A stretch of DNA of 64,000 bases from an uncultured Spirochaetota bacterium (GTDB lineage: Bacteria > Spirochaetota > Spirochaetia > SZUA-6 > Fen-1364), in the NCBI GenBank assembly GCA_963734545.1, contig CAVTHO010000003.1, forward strand, positions 445,593 through 509,592. Reading direction: 5' to 3'. The notes under the pieces are model-generated. The model saw only the letters and a program-made list of their open reading frames with translations. It had not been told where the DNA came from and searched no databases. The translations under genes were made by a program, and so were the position numbers. The first letter of the stretch is position 1; each line of letters starts with the position of its first letter. Positions 1-10,537 of the stretch are shown piece after piece.

Positions 1-54
1 GCCGGCGCGGTGACTGCCCGGGCGCGCGAGGCGGGTTTCACCGGCAGTGGTTGA
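1..54 (+). CDS. 3' end of upstream gene (partial; possibly a heme-pathway gene such as ferrochelatase)
   Basis: Frame 1 open from window start (AGAVTARAREAGFTGSG) to TGA at 52-54, just before hemY; identity is inferred from context only. Confidence 0.3.
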   Translation, partial: AGAVTARAREAGFTGSG

Positions 55-58
55 CCTC

Positions 59-1523
59 GTGAAGAGGCTCGTGATCATCGGCGGAGGCATTGCCCGGGCT
101 TTCCGCGGCCTGGCAGGCAGCACGGCGGGGCGCGGCATCCCGGGGCCCGGCATCCCGGCCGGACCTGCAGATCACGCTCATCGAGCGTGACGAGCAGGTG
201 GGCGGGAAGATCCAGTCCGAATCGATCGACGGCTTCGTCCTGGAAGGAGGGCCGGACAGCTTTCTCACGACCAGGCCGGAGGCCCTGCGGCTCTGCGAGG
301 ACCTGGGCATTTCGGCCAGGCTGATTCCCCGGACCCCGCGCAAGGTCCATTCCTTCATCATGCACAATCATGTCCTCTCGCCCCTGCCGCAGGGATTTTC
401 GGGCATGGTGCCCATGGACACCGCCGCCCTGGCCGCCAGTCCCCTCCTGTCCGAGAGGGGCAAGCGACGCGCGCTGGAGAAGCCTGCGCAGGAGTGGACT
501 GACGGGGACGATGAATCGGTTGCCGCTTTCATGATCCGAAGGTTCGGCGAAGAGGCGTACCAGCTTCTCGTCGAGCCCCTCGTGGGGGGCATCCACGCGG
601 GAGACGCGTCCCTGCTCAGCCGTGACGCCATCCTGCGCCCTCCTCGAGGGTCCGCCGAGGCAGGCACGGCCGCCGGGCCGGGCAGAGCACCCGAGCCGGG
701 CAGAGCAGCCGAGCCGGGCAGAGCACCCGAGCCGGGCAGAGCAGCCGAGCCGGGCAGCGGCAGCACTCCGCCGTTCCTGTCATTTCCACGCGGGACCGCG
801 GAGCTTGTCCACGCGCTGGAAGATCAGCTCGCGGGAGTCACGATTCTCCGTGGGACCAGGGTGGAATCGGTGAGGCGGCACGAAGCCGGCTTCCTTGTCG
901 AAACAGCAGGCAGGGCGCGGCACGAAGCTGATGCGCTGATCATCGCCACCCCGTCGCATGTTACTGCCCGGCTGGTCGCGCCGTTGGACTCGGCCCTGCG
1001 GGAAGCGCTCGGGCAGATTCAGTCTGCCTCCACCGTCGTCATCCATCTGGCCTACCGGCGCGCGGATGTCGCGCACCCGCTGGACGGCTACGGATACCTG
1101 ATACCGGACGTCGAGCACAGTGACCTGGTTGCCTGCACCTGGAGCTCGCAAAAGTGGGAGGGCCGCGCGCCTTCGGAACACGTGCTGCTGCGGCTCATGG
1201 CAGGCCGGTTCGGACGCCGGGATCCTCTGGGCAGGTCCAACCATGAGCTCTTCGCGCTCGCCCGCGGCGAGCTGTCGGCGACGCTCGGAATCACAGCGGT
1301 TCCGGTCCTGCAGCGGGTTCACCGTTGGGAGCGCGGAATGCCGCAGTACACTGTCGGTCACGTCGGCCGGGTGGACGCCATCAACGCGCGTGTCGCAGCC
1401 CTTCCCGGGCTGTTTCTTGCCGGTTCGTCGTACGGAGGCGTCGGGATTCCCCAGTGCGTGGAATCCGGGGCCCGGGCGGCAGAGGGCGCATGCGCCTATT
1501 TCAAAAGACAGGGGGAGCACTAA
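59..1523 (+). CDS. hemY: Protoporphyrinogen/coproporphyrinogen oxidase (HemY family), one indel near the 5' end
   Basis: GTG at 59 gives [12 protein letters not shown], then a +1 shift at 92-95 into GLSAAW (GxGxxG FAD motif); [32 protein letters not shown]. Confidence 0.92.
675..757 (+). repeat. In-frame 18-bp tandem repeat inside hemY ([12 protein letters not shown], about 4.5 units)
   Basis: Alternating gagccgggcagagcaccc / gagccgggcagagcagcc units. Confidence 0.9.
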
Positions 1524-2831
1524 ATGGGCTCACAGAAATCGCCATTGAACGTCGAAAGGTCCCGCGCGCTCTTTGCCGAGGCCGTCACGCTTCTCCCCGG
1601 GGGAGTCGATTCTCCTGTTCGGGCATTCAAGGCAGTCGGCGGCGAGCCCCTCTTCATCGAACGGGGGGAAGGGCCCTGGCTCTTCGACGTGGACGGCAAC
1701 CGCTATATCGACTACGTCCTCTCGTGGGGACCCCTGGTGCTCGGGCACGCGCACCCGCGCGTGGTCTCCGCGCTGATCCAGGCGGCATCCCGCGGCACCA
1801 GCTTCGGCGCCCCGAGCCCCCTGGAGCTGGATCTGGCCCGGCTCGTTCGCGGGCTCATGCCGAGCGTCGAGCTGATCCGGTTCGTCAATTCTGGAACAGA
1901 GGCGGTGATGAGCGCGCTGCGCCTTGCCCGGGCGTTCACCGGCAGGGACAAGATCGTGAAATTCGCCGGCGGCTACCACGGTCACGCCGACATGCTGCTC
2001 GTGCAGGCCGGCTCCGGGGCCGCGACTCTCGGATTGCCCGATTCGCCGGGCGTGCCGGCCGCGGTCACGGCAGACACCCTCTCCTGCGCCTACAACAACC
2101 TTGAAGCAGTGGAGGAGGTCTTCCACCGCCAGCGGGGCAGGATCGCGGCGGTGATCGTGGAGCCTGTTGCGGGCAACATGGGCGTCGTTCTGCCGGAACC
2201 GGATTTCCTGCAGGGCCTCCGCGCCATCACGAAAGCGGACGGCGCGCTCCTGATATTCGACGAGGTGATGACCGGGTTCCGGGTCCACCTGGGCGGCGCC
2301 CAGGCCTTGTACGGGGTCACGCCGGATCTCTCGGTGCTGGGCAAGGTCATCGGGGGCGGCATGCCGGTGGGCGCCTACGGGGGACGCCGTGACATCATGG
2401 GGCTGGTGGCGCCGGCAGGCCCGATGTACCAGGCCGGAACCCTCTCGGGGAATCCCCTCGCCATGAGCGCGGGGATCGCGACCCTGAAGGAGCTCAGCCT
2501 CCCGGGAGTCTGGGACCGGCTGGCGAAAACGACGCAGGAGCTTGCCGAGGGATTGTCTCGCGCAGGGCGGTCAGCAGGGGTGCCCCTCCAGGTGAGCCAT
2601 GTCGGCTCGATGTTCGGCCTTTTCTTTTCCGCGGAGCCTGTCAGGGACTGGGACAGTGCAAAGAGATCGGACACGGGCCGGTTCTCCCGCTACTTCAGGA
2701 GGATGCTCGAAGCGGGTGTCTACCTTGCGCCGTCGCAGTTCGAAGCGGGTTTTGTCTCGACCGCGCACGGCGCGGCGGAGGTGGCGGCCACGGTGAAGGC
2801 CGCGGAGCGGGCATTCGCCGGTCTGGTCTGA
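1524..2831 (+). CDS. hemL: Glutamate-1-semialdehyde 2,1-aminomutase
   Basis: [62 protein letters not shown]. Confidence 0.97.
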   Translation: MGSQKSPLNVERSRALFAEAVTLLPGGVDSPVRAFKAVGGEPLFIERGEGPWLFDVDGNRYIDYVLSWGPLVLGHAHPRVVSALIQAASRGTSFGAPSPLELDLARLVRGLMPSVELIRFVNSGTEAVMSALRLARAFTGRDKIVKFAGGYHGHADMLLVQAGSGAATLGLPDSPGVPAAVTADTLSCAYNNLEAVEEVFHRQRGRIAAVIVEPVAGNMGVVLPEPDFLQGLRAITKADGALLIFDEVMTGFRVHLGGAQALYGVTPDLSVLGKVIGGGMPVGAYGGRRDIMGLVAPAGPMYQAGTLSGNPLAMSAGIATLKELSLPGVWDRLAKTTQELAEGLSRAGRSAGVPLQVSHVGSMFGLFFSAEPVRDWDSAKRSDTGRFSRYFRRMLEAGVYLAPSQFEAGFVSTAHGAAEVAATVKAAERAFAGLV

Positions 2832-2837
2832 GCCCCG

Positions 2838-4362
2838 CTACCGGGCGGGCAAAAGCGCCCCGGCCAGCTTGTCGTACATGCTTCTATTCTCGTCCACGAT
2901 CTGCCGGCCCAGCCGGAGGGCTTTCTCGACGGCCTCGGTCTCCCGGTCGTACCAGTCCTTCAGATCCTCGAGGTCGGCAACCGTCACATTCGGCGCGGAC
3001 TCCCCCAGCGCCGGGTCCACGTTTCTCGGCATTGTCAGATCGACTATCAGGACCTTCCTTGCACCATCGAACGAGGGCGCATGCTCCTTCATCAGGACGA
3101 GATGGGGGCTGAAAGTCGCGCAGACGATCACGTCCGTTCGGGAAAGGCTGCTTCGGAGGTCGTTGATCCCGCAAAGGGTGACCTTCCCGGCCCATGATTC
3201 CGGCAGCTCCGGACGCTTTATGTGGTAGCACCAGTCGCAGCTCAGACCCATGCGGACGAGCTTTTCAACCATCGTTGACCCGACCACGCCGGAGCCGAGC
3301 ACGAGTATCCGCGCGTGTTCCAGATCTGCGCGCTTCGCCTGCAGGTAGCTGATGCACAGATCTTCGATTTCCAGGTCTTTCAGAAACTGCCCGGTCGTGT
3401 TGCGGATCTCCTTGGAGATATGAAGCGCCGTGGAGACCCACTCCTGCATGACGCCGCCCGCCCAACCGGCGCGCACCGCGTACCCCAGGGCTTCTTTCAC
3501 CTGGGAAACGATGTGATACTCCCCCGGTGATTGTGAGAAGAGTCCGGCGCTCAGCATTGCGGCGTGCGCAAATGCATCAAACTGGCGCTTCACGTAGTAG
3601 TCCCCGGCCCCGAGCTGATCGAATCCCAGCACCCGGCCCAGGAGTGCCGTCATGTCGCTCTTGTCCGACACGAGCGCATGGAGCTCCACGCGATTGCAGG
3701 TGTTCAGCAGGATGAACTCCTGGACGCCGACGAGCTGCATCAGCATGATTCCGGTCCGCTCCAGGCGCTGGCCGACCAGGTGGTACGGCTCTCTCCTGTC
3801 GATGGACAGGTATTCGTGGCTCGTGCCGATCACGAGAACGGAGGTCGAATCAGCGTGCTCGATCTGCCGCGAAAACTGATCCCTGATCATGCGCGCGCGC
3901 CTGCTCGGGCGGCCGCCCGTGGAGATGGTGACCGTGAGATCGTCCTTGCGGAGTATCACGGGCACCGCAAAGTCTCCTGCCGCCCAGTTGCCGTCCACCG
4001 AGGAGCAGAGGATGCCGCGCGCGCGGCACAGGTCCACGACGCGGCTGTTGAGGATCCGGTCATCGGACGCCGCGAACACCAGGAAGCTGCCGTCCAGGTC
4101 CGACTCCATGAGCTCGCGCCGCAGGAATGTGACGGACGCCTTCTCCGGTCAGAGCCTCGAGGTCCTCGCACATCTCTGCGCTGACGACTGTCACCTCGGC
4201 GCCGGCGTCCCGCAGCAGCCGGACCTTGTCCAGCGCCACCCTGCCGCCGCCTGCCACGAGTGTTTTTCGGCCGTCGAGAAGCAGATTCACGGGAAAGGCC
4301 CGCTTGTCTGGTGCGCGCGAATCCCTGGCAGGTCGGGCAGACTCCGGTCTTTTCTCTATCAC
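2838..4362 (-). CDS. hemA: Fusion of precorrin-2 dehydrogenase (SirC/CysG N-terminal type) and glutamyl-tRNA reductase; one indel near 4120
   Basis: N-terminus FPVNLLLDGRKTLVAGGGRVALDK...FAASDD...DFAVP...ISTGG is SirC-like; same frame continues into HemA motifs GTSHE, LNTCNRVE, GEYHIVSQVKEA, GSGVVG, DLTMPRNVD; GTG start overlaps the upstream TGA. Confidence 0.85.
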
Positions 4363-5480
4363 AGGCTTGCTCTGTAGGGACAGGCCGGATCCTCCTGGTA
4401 GGGATCCTGGAACTCCGCGTACGCCCGGGACCGCGAGCCGCCGCAGATCACCTTGTGCTCGCATTCCCCGCAGCGCCCCTTGAGATTTGCCGGGTTCCGC
4501 ATGCCGACGAGCAGGGGATGGGTCGTGTAGATCGACTTCAAGGTCTCCTCTTTCACGTTGCCCAGGGACAGGGGCAGGAAACCGCTCGGGTAGACTTCAC
4601 CGTCATGACGCGATGAAGATAATGCCTTTTCCGTCTCCCGTCGCGTTTATCCTCAGCGAGGGAGTGTTCGTCGGCTCCCCCTCCAGCTCTCGCAGCCTGC
4701 GCGAGAGGTGACCGTACAGCTCGCCCCGGGGAGCCTCTCCGCCGTTCTGGCGCTGCACGTACACGCGCCTGAAATGGGGGCCCTCGGAGGTGCGCACCGG
4801 GATGCCGTACCTCGTGGAGTCGTAGAGGAAATGCGCAACCTCCTCGCACTCCCCGGCTTCAGGATTCTCGAGGGACGACCCGCGCCCCGTGCGGATCAGA
4901 AAGAACACTTCCCAGGCAACCGCGCCCCTCTCCCGGGCCAGGTGGAATATGTCGGCCAGGTCGCGCAGGTTGCTCCTCATGACGGTCGTATTGACCTGGA
5001 GCCTCATCCCGCAGGACGTGGCGGTTTCGATTGCCTCGAGGGTCGCCCGCCAGGTCCCCGGGATGTCCCGGATCCTGTCGTGGATTTCGGCTGACGCTCC
5101 ATCCATGCTCACGGACATTATCTCCACGCCGAGGTCTCTCATGAGCTCGAGCTTTTCCCTGGTCAGGAGGGGCGTGACGCTCGCCGCCACCGCCGTGTAG
5201 ATGCCCTGGCTGCTTGGCGTGCCGGATCGAGGTCGAAGATATCCGGGCGCATGAGCGGGTCCCCGCCGGTCAGCAGCAGGGCGGGGTAGGGCTCTCCGAA
5301 CTCCCGCAGCTGGTCGATGAGCTGCTTCCCTGACTCGTAGTCGAGCTCATCCGGAAGGCTGTTTCGTATGGCTGTTGCCCTGCAATGTCTGCAGGAGAGA
5401 AGGCAGGATTTCGTGGTTTCCCAGCAGACAAAAATGGGTTTCGTGGAGTAGTCCACGATCTTGGTCCATGGCGGCTGCAT
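4359..5480 (-). CDS. Radical SAM/SPASM protein, AhbC/AhbD/NirJ-like (heme biosynthesis); frameshifted
   Basis: WETTKSCLLSCRHC (CxxxCxxC), LLTGGDPLMRPDIF, SMDGA...HDRIR, C-terminal CGECEHKVICGGSRSRAY...DPACPY; spread over ORFs 5163-5480, 4603-5190, 4359-4556. Confidence 0.85.
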
Positions 5481-5598
5481 CTGCGGATGCCCCTTTCATC
5501 AAAGCGCTGATGAAGTGAAGTCCGATAGTCCACCGGCACGGCGATTTGTGTCAAGACTCGACAGCGCAGGATCCGGCCTCGTCTTCGCCGGTTTCCCG

Positions 5599-7620
5599 CT
5601 AGTCCTTGATGCGCGTTTCCCGGGCGAGGTCCTGCAGGTATTTCTTCATGTCCTCCTCGGCGACCATCCCCTCCTTCGACGCAAAGAGCGTATATGCGAA
5701 GTCCTTTTTGATCACGACTTTGTCACCCACGATGTAATCAGGATGAAGAAAGCCCACATTCATCCTGCCGTTCTCCGCGTAGACCCTCCCGGTATAAGGG
5801 TGCCCGCGCTCGAGAACCAACTTTTTCCACTGATCCTTTGTCCGCTCAGGGAGGGAGCGGGTTGGTTCCGGCCAGCGGTAGATGGTGAAGAAATTGTTGC
5901 GGCTTGCCCCTCCCGTATCGACGGTCAGCTTGCGGATATCCCAGACCGGACTCCCGTTTTTCAGAAAGACGCTGCATCCGAGGAAAAGACCGGAATCCTT
6001 CGTGATCTCCACCAGGCCTTCTCTCACGCGCGCGGATACGCTGGGCGTGTCGATGTCCGCGAAAGCGCCTGCCTGGTAGGAGACAGAAACGTGTTCGAGG
6101 GCTCCGAACCGGAAATCCTTCTCCTGCAGGTACGCACCCCACTCGTCCAGGGTGCCGTTGTAGGAGATGTTCATGAAGTCCGGGATCCTCCTCATATCAT
6201 AGAGCGCCGCGTCTCTGTTCGTGGACGGGATGACGGCATAGATAAGCGAGAGGCCCGCGGGTGTCGGCGTGGCGCAGGTCATCACCAACTGATCGGAGTA
6301 TTCCACGAGGTAGACATTGATCCGCCAGATGCGGCCGAACCGGTCGGTGAGCGGGATGCTCTGGATCGGCGCGCCCAATGAAAGCACGCGCGAACCCTGG
6401 TCGCTGGCGGAAAGCTTCCTCGTGATGTTGATCCCCTTCAGCAGGAGATCCATTGCCCTGCGGGGATTGTCCCAAAGCTCGCGGACGGACACGTCGCCGG
6501 GCCGGCGGAGGCGCAGGAGCCACACGCGCGCGTCCTTGTAGATTTCAGCCGAGCTGACGGCGCCATCGTTGTCGATATTCGTCGTCTCGACCTTGAGATC
6601 AGTCAGGTACCAGGAACCGTTCGTTGGATTCCTCAGGAATATCTGCGGGAAACTCCCATTCACGAATTGGAACAGCGCCTGCGCGGAGCCGGGCCCGTCG
6701 GGAAATAGATCCTGCCTGTTTTCCGCGAAAAGCCTGTCCATGCCGCCCTTATAGAACTCCTGGAGAGCTGTGAGGTACTTGTTCGTGAGCTCGCCGTAGG
6801 GAAGGGGAAGGTCCCAGGCGGCCTCCATTGTCATCATCTTCCGCATATTGAACACCGGAAAGGTGAAAGTGATCTTCCTGTGTATCATCGCTTTTCCCGG
6901 GAGAATCTCCTTCATCGGGAGCGAATAGCAGAAATCGTCCTTCCGCGACAACACGAGGCCGATGACGTCCCCATTTCTGTTCAGGAGCGGGCCGCCGCTG
7001 CTGCCGGGATTCGTCGCGATGGAGCTTTTCAGAAAATGCCAGGCGCCATTTTCCGGTTCCGGTACCTCATCCAGCAGCACCCCTTCACGGATGACAATCC
7101 CTTCGCCGTACGCATCTCCCGCGGAAAATACCTGCGCGTTGAATTCATTGCGAGGTTCGATCTTCAGCCACGTGTCGAAGGTCCTGCCTTTGACGGTCAG
7201 CACGACATAGTCGCGATTGTCGCTGAAAGCGCTTATGTTTTCGACCTCGTACACACGCTCGACTGGCTGCGCGCCTTCCCTCACCTTTTCACGGATGAAG
7301 CGGGTCGTGTAGATCTGGGATCCCGGGTTGAGCACGTGAGCCGCGGTGACAAGCTCCCTGTCGCTGACGGCGAATGCCGTTCCCAGCGGGATATATCTGT
7401 CGTTCCGGACTGCAAAGTCCAGGAGCTCCCAGTTCAAAGGCTTGTCGTATGTCAATGAATCCTGCGTCGTCTTTTCCGCCACGACTTCAAAGCAGGCGGC
7501 GCGGATGTTCTTGAGCTTCTCATCGGTCAGGAGGACGCCTGACCCGGTGCCGGCCTGCTGCGCGCCGGCGCGGCAGAGGACGAGGCATACGAAAAACCCT
7601 ATGGCCAACGCCTGTTTCAT
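5599..7620 (-). CDS. Secreted trypsin-like serine protease with long C-terminal extension
   Basis: Signal peptide MKQALAIGFFVCLVLC; catalytic triad motifs TAAHV, NRDYVV, NPGSSGGP. Confidence 0.8.
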   Translation of the reverse strand: MKQALAIGFFVCLVLCRAGAQQAGTGSGVLLTDEKLKNIRAACFEVVAEKTTQDSLTYDKPLNWELLDFAVRNDRYIPLGTAFAVSDRELVTAAHVLNPGSQIYTTRFIREKVREGAQPVERVYEVENISAFSDNRDYVVLTVKGRTFDTWLKIEPRNEFNAQVFSAGDAYGEGIVIREGVLLDEVPEPENGAWHFLKSSIATNPGSSGGPLLNRNGDVIGLVLSRKDDFCYSLPMKEILPGKAMIHRKITFTFPVFNMRKMMTMEAAWDLPLPYGELTNKYLTALQEFYKGGMDRLFAENRQDLFPDGPGSAQALFQFVNGSFPQIFLRNPTNGSWYLTDLKVETTNIDNDGAVSSAEIYKDARVWLLRLRRPGDVSVRELWDNPRRAMDLLLKGINITRKLSASDQGSRVLSLGAPIQSIPLTDRFGRIWRINVYLVEYSDQLVMTCATPTPAGLSLIYAVIPSTNRDAALYDMRRIPDFMNISYNGTLDEWGAYLQEKDFRFGALEHVSVSYQAGAFADIDTPSVSARVREGLVEITKDSGLFLGCSVFLKNGSPVWDIRKLTVDTGGASRNNFFTIYRWPEPTRSLPERTKDQWKKLVLERGHPYTGRVYAENGRMNVGFLHPDYIVGDKVVIKKDFAYTLFASKEGMVAEEDMKKYLQDLARETRIKD

Positions 7621-7842
7621 GCAGATCGGCCAGGGACGAGTTCTGATGAGGGACGCGGCTCGAATAAAGCACTGCACTGCGCGCACTTCCTTATGGGGTG
7701 CACTTTTCCAACATGATATCCCGGGCTGCGCGCCGGGGCAAGAGATCGGGGATGCAGGAACTTTGCGAGTCATTCCTTGTGTCGCCTTCCTAAAGCGAAC
7801 CGATGTCGCACAGCGACGCGCTTCCCGGGGAAGGCTGCGCGT

Positions 7843-7885
7843 CCCTGCAACTTTCGTGTCATTGATGCAACGTAAGTTGCAGGGG
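7843..7885 (+). promoter_or_regulatory. Putative bEBP enhancer (tandem TGCAAC...GTTGCA sites)
   Basis: cccTGCAACtttcgtgtcattgaTGCAACgtaaGTTGCAgggg; last TGCA ends 78 bp upstream of a sigma-54 motif; same layout at 19916-19958. Confidence 0.7.
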
Positions 7886-7958
7886 CAGGGAATTTGACTT
7901 CCGCCCTACGGAAAAACAAGTTCTTTAGTTGAAAGGAAATAACGTCCGAGTCCTTGAT

Positions 7959-7974
7959 TGGCACTGTGCTTGCA
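7959..7974 (+). promoter_or_regulatory. Sigma-54 (-24/-12) promoter
   Basis: TGGCAC-tgtgc-TTGCA matches TGGCAC-N5-TTGCW. Confidence 0.8.
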
Positions 7975-8040
7975 TAAAGAAAGTATGGTCGAAACCCGGT
8001 CAGCATGCATCGTCGTTCTGATGATAGAGGAGAACGGGAA

Positions 8041-9492
8041 ATGAACAGGAAACGTTTTTTTTTGTCAGGGACTGCTGCGGGAATGACTCCCGGCAAGGTC
8101 ATAAGACCGGAGTCCATTCACGGTCTCATTGCCACTGCACTGCTTCTGACCCTTCTATTAACCGGCTGCATATCTACACAGCTGACCAAGGATGCCTTTC
8201 TTTCTCCTGAGAAGAAAGGAAGCGTGCGGACAATAGGCGTTGTTCCTGGCGGAGATCCTCGGTTCGCCATGAAAGCATACAAGAACGACCAGCAAGCCAG
8301 GATCGTCGGAACGACTGCTATTGGCGGACTTGCCGGATTTGGATCTGCAGGCACGTTTGCGTTGGCTGGAGCTATGAGCATGGGAGTATTGTTTTTGCCC
8401 CTGGGTGGAGATGCAGCCTCTTCCGCATCCAATTGGGCGCTCGCCGAGCTCTTTCCTGCGATTCTGGCCTGCACGGCCATCGGGGCAGGAGTCGGTCTGG
8501 TCTCTGCCGCAGCAAACTCCGTACCCGCCGGAAGGGCGGAGGAGATCGAAGCAAATGTATTCCCATCGCTTTCTGATTTCCCCTTTCAGGAGAGAATGGT
8601 TGAGCAGATCATAGCGGCCGGAACCGGCAATACTGAATACACCTTTCTGGATTTGCATCGCGCCGATGCACAGGATCATCTCTTCGAAGGAGTAGATGCG
8701 ATGCTCGAGATGAGCGAACTGAACATAGGTCTTCGGGATCTGGGGAACCGTCTTCAGCTCTCCGCAGTCGCAAGCGCGCAGCTGATTGAGAAGGACACGG
8801 GAACCATACTCGCAGAGCGGACTTTCTCGCATGTGTGGAGGACATTCGGCAGGAACAAGCCCGAGGCTGGGGACGAGCCGCTGACGAAGGAAGAAATCGA
8901 CGGCTGCCTTCATGTGCTTTCTGAGGACATAGTCGATACGCTTTGCCTCATGGAGGATTTTCCGTCGCGCTTCATTGATGGAGTTTTGGTTCCGCGAGGT
9001 ATATACACCTTCGCACTGCAGCCCAGGAACCCAAAACCGGAGGGCAGTTTTTTCTGGATGAAATGGAAGTCAGGCACTGTCGATTCTATCCAGCCCAGAC
9101 TGGAGTGGGCGCCGTTTCCCAGTCAACCAGAGTTGAACACCAAAGGACGCCTCACGGAAATCGGGCAGGTGTCATATGACCTGAGGATCTGGAGGTTGGC
9201 CGAAGAAATGCATCACCCCTCGGAGCGGGTGTATGAACGCAAAGGTCTCGTCGATCCCTGGCATACCGTCGAGCGACCGCTCGAGTATGGGAGGACTTAC
9301 TATTGGGCTGTTCGTGCAAGGTTTGTGAGTGAAGGACATGCGGCATTGACTCCATGGACAACATGGCCCGGCTATCTCCCCCTCGTCAGCGAAGAAGGAA
9401 CCGGCACAGGAAGGGTCTCCGGCCAGTACAAATTCTCGACTCCCGCGCTGCCCGTTGAATTGAAATTCTATCGCCCTGGCAGCACACGGTGA
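8041..9492 (+). CDS. Hypothetical lipoprotein (Gly-rich hydrophobic segment; C-terminal beta-sandwich/FN3-like domain)
   Basis: AGGAG RBS; lipobox LLTGC; C-terminal YDLRIWR...RPLEYGRTYYWAVRARF; start may be 8041 or 8083. Confidence 0.7.
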   Translation: MNRKRFFLSGTAAGMTPGKVIRPESIHGLIATALLLTLLLTGCISTQLTKDAFLSPEKKGSVRTIGVVPGGDPRFAMKAYKNDQQARIVGTTAIGGLAGFGSAGTFALAGAMSMGVLFLPLGGDAASSASNWALAELFPAILACTAIGAGVGLVSAAANSVPAGRAEEIEANVFPSLSDFPFQERMVEQIIAAGTGNTEYTFLDLHRADAQDHLFEGVDAMLEMSELNIGLRDLGNRLQLSAVASAQLIEKDTGTILAERTFSHVWRTFGRNKPEAGDEPLTKEEIDGCLHVLSEDIVDTLCLMEDFPSRFIDGVLVPRGIYTFALQPRNPKPEGSFFWMKWKSGTVDSIQPRLEWAPFPSQPELNTKGRLTEIGQVSYDLRIWRLAEEMHHPSERVYERKGLVDPWHTVERPLEYGRTYYWAVRARFVSEGHAALTPWTTWPGYLPLVSEEGTGTGRVSGQYKFSTPALPVELKFYRPGSTR

Positions 9493-9535
9493 ACCGGGAG
9501 TGCTGCAAGAAGTTGAAAGCCTGTCGCGAGTCCCG

Positions 9536-10537
9536 TCATCCACCGTGGAAGATGGCCAGGACCTCCTTCAGCCACACCACAAACTCCGCGGTAGATGAAG
9601 CTGTCGGCATGCCTCCCCTCTCCCAATAGCCGCCAGGCTGTTGATCGCGGACGAGGAATTCGCATGACTTGCGAGCTGCCTCTGCATATTCCTGTTTGCC
9701 CGTAGTCTGATACAGATATGATGACCCAAGCCCCACCTTGCCCGTGCCGTCCGTCAGAAACACATCGGGATGGCAACCGCGGGCGATCTTGAAGATTTTG
9801 CGGGCAGTGCGCAGGTGCCGTTGTTGACCTGTAATGGCGTACAGCTTGGCCAGGAATACGATCCCCGCGCCGAGATAATAATAGTACTGCTGCGGCGCGG
9901 GCGGCTCCAGGAGATAGTAGCGTGGTTCAGCACAACCCGCGGGAACCGCTGTGAGTAGCTTCCCTCCGTCTCCTTTCCGCAGCCATAGCCTCTTGCCCAC
10001 CTCTGGCTGTTGCGCAAGCAGATCGTCGATCCACCGGGCAGCTGCCTTCGCCTCTTTCACGCGGCCAAAGCTAAGACCCACGAAGGAGGTAAAGGCGGTG
10101 CTCAACAGGTCCTGCTCGCTGCTTCCCGATCCATAGGTTGCTTCGGAGCAGTAGCCACCGGTTCCCGGGTGCCTGAACCGCAGCAAGTAGTCCATGCCCG
10201 GGTACGACATGTCGAAGCGCCCCATTGTCTGGGCGGCCCAGACAAACCAGCAACTGGAGTATGTATAGTGGGCTTGATGGAAGCCGGCCCGCTCGGCCTT
10301 GAAATCGCCCTCCGGAGTGAATATCTCGCGTCTTGCCCAATCCAGCAGCCTGCCGGCCTCCTCGAGATGCCCGGTGATCGCCAACCCCTTGGGGACCTTG
10401 TAGTATGTCAGTGGACCCCTGTCCGCGGGATTGATTGACCCATCAGGGTTCTGGATGCTGAGCATCCATTTCGTCGCCGCCTTCACTGCTTTGACATAGC
10501 CCGCAATGTCGGCTGCCGTCATCACTGCCTGTGCCAT
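9536..10537 (-). CDS. Hypothetical alpha/alpha-toroid protein (prenyltransferase/squalene-cyclase QW-like repeats)
   Basis: WMLSIQNPDGS and FLVRDQQPGGYW motifs; 333-aa ORF coupled to the ROK gene stop. Confidence 0.6.
   Translation of the reverse strand: MAQAVMTAADIAGYVKAVKAATKWMLSIQNPDGSINPADRGPLTYYKVPKGLAITGHLEEAGRLLDWARREIFTPEGDFKAERAGFHQAHYTYSSCWFVWAAQTMGRFDMSYPGMDYLLRFRHPGTGGYCSEATYGSGSSEQDLLSTAFTSFVGLSFGRVKEAKAAARWIDDLLAQQPEVGKRLWLRKGDGGKLLTAVPAGCAEPRYYLLEPPAPQQYYYYLGAGIVFLAKLYAITGQQRHLRTARKIFKIARGCHPDVFLTDGTGKVGLGSSYLYQTTGKQEYAEAARKSCEFLVRDQQPGGYWERGGMPTASSTAEFVVWLKEVLAIFHGG

Noticed and set aside
675-757. CRISPR array (also checked 28733-28820, 36170-36232 and 54106-54150)
   Set aside because: Short head-to-tail repeats without unique spacers; no cas genes
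7843-7885. Integron attC site (AAC...GTT) here and at 19916-19958
   Set aside because: Too short, located upstream of promoters rather than at gene 3' ends, and no integrase; fixed spacing to sigma-54 motifs favours enhancers
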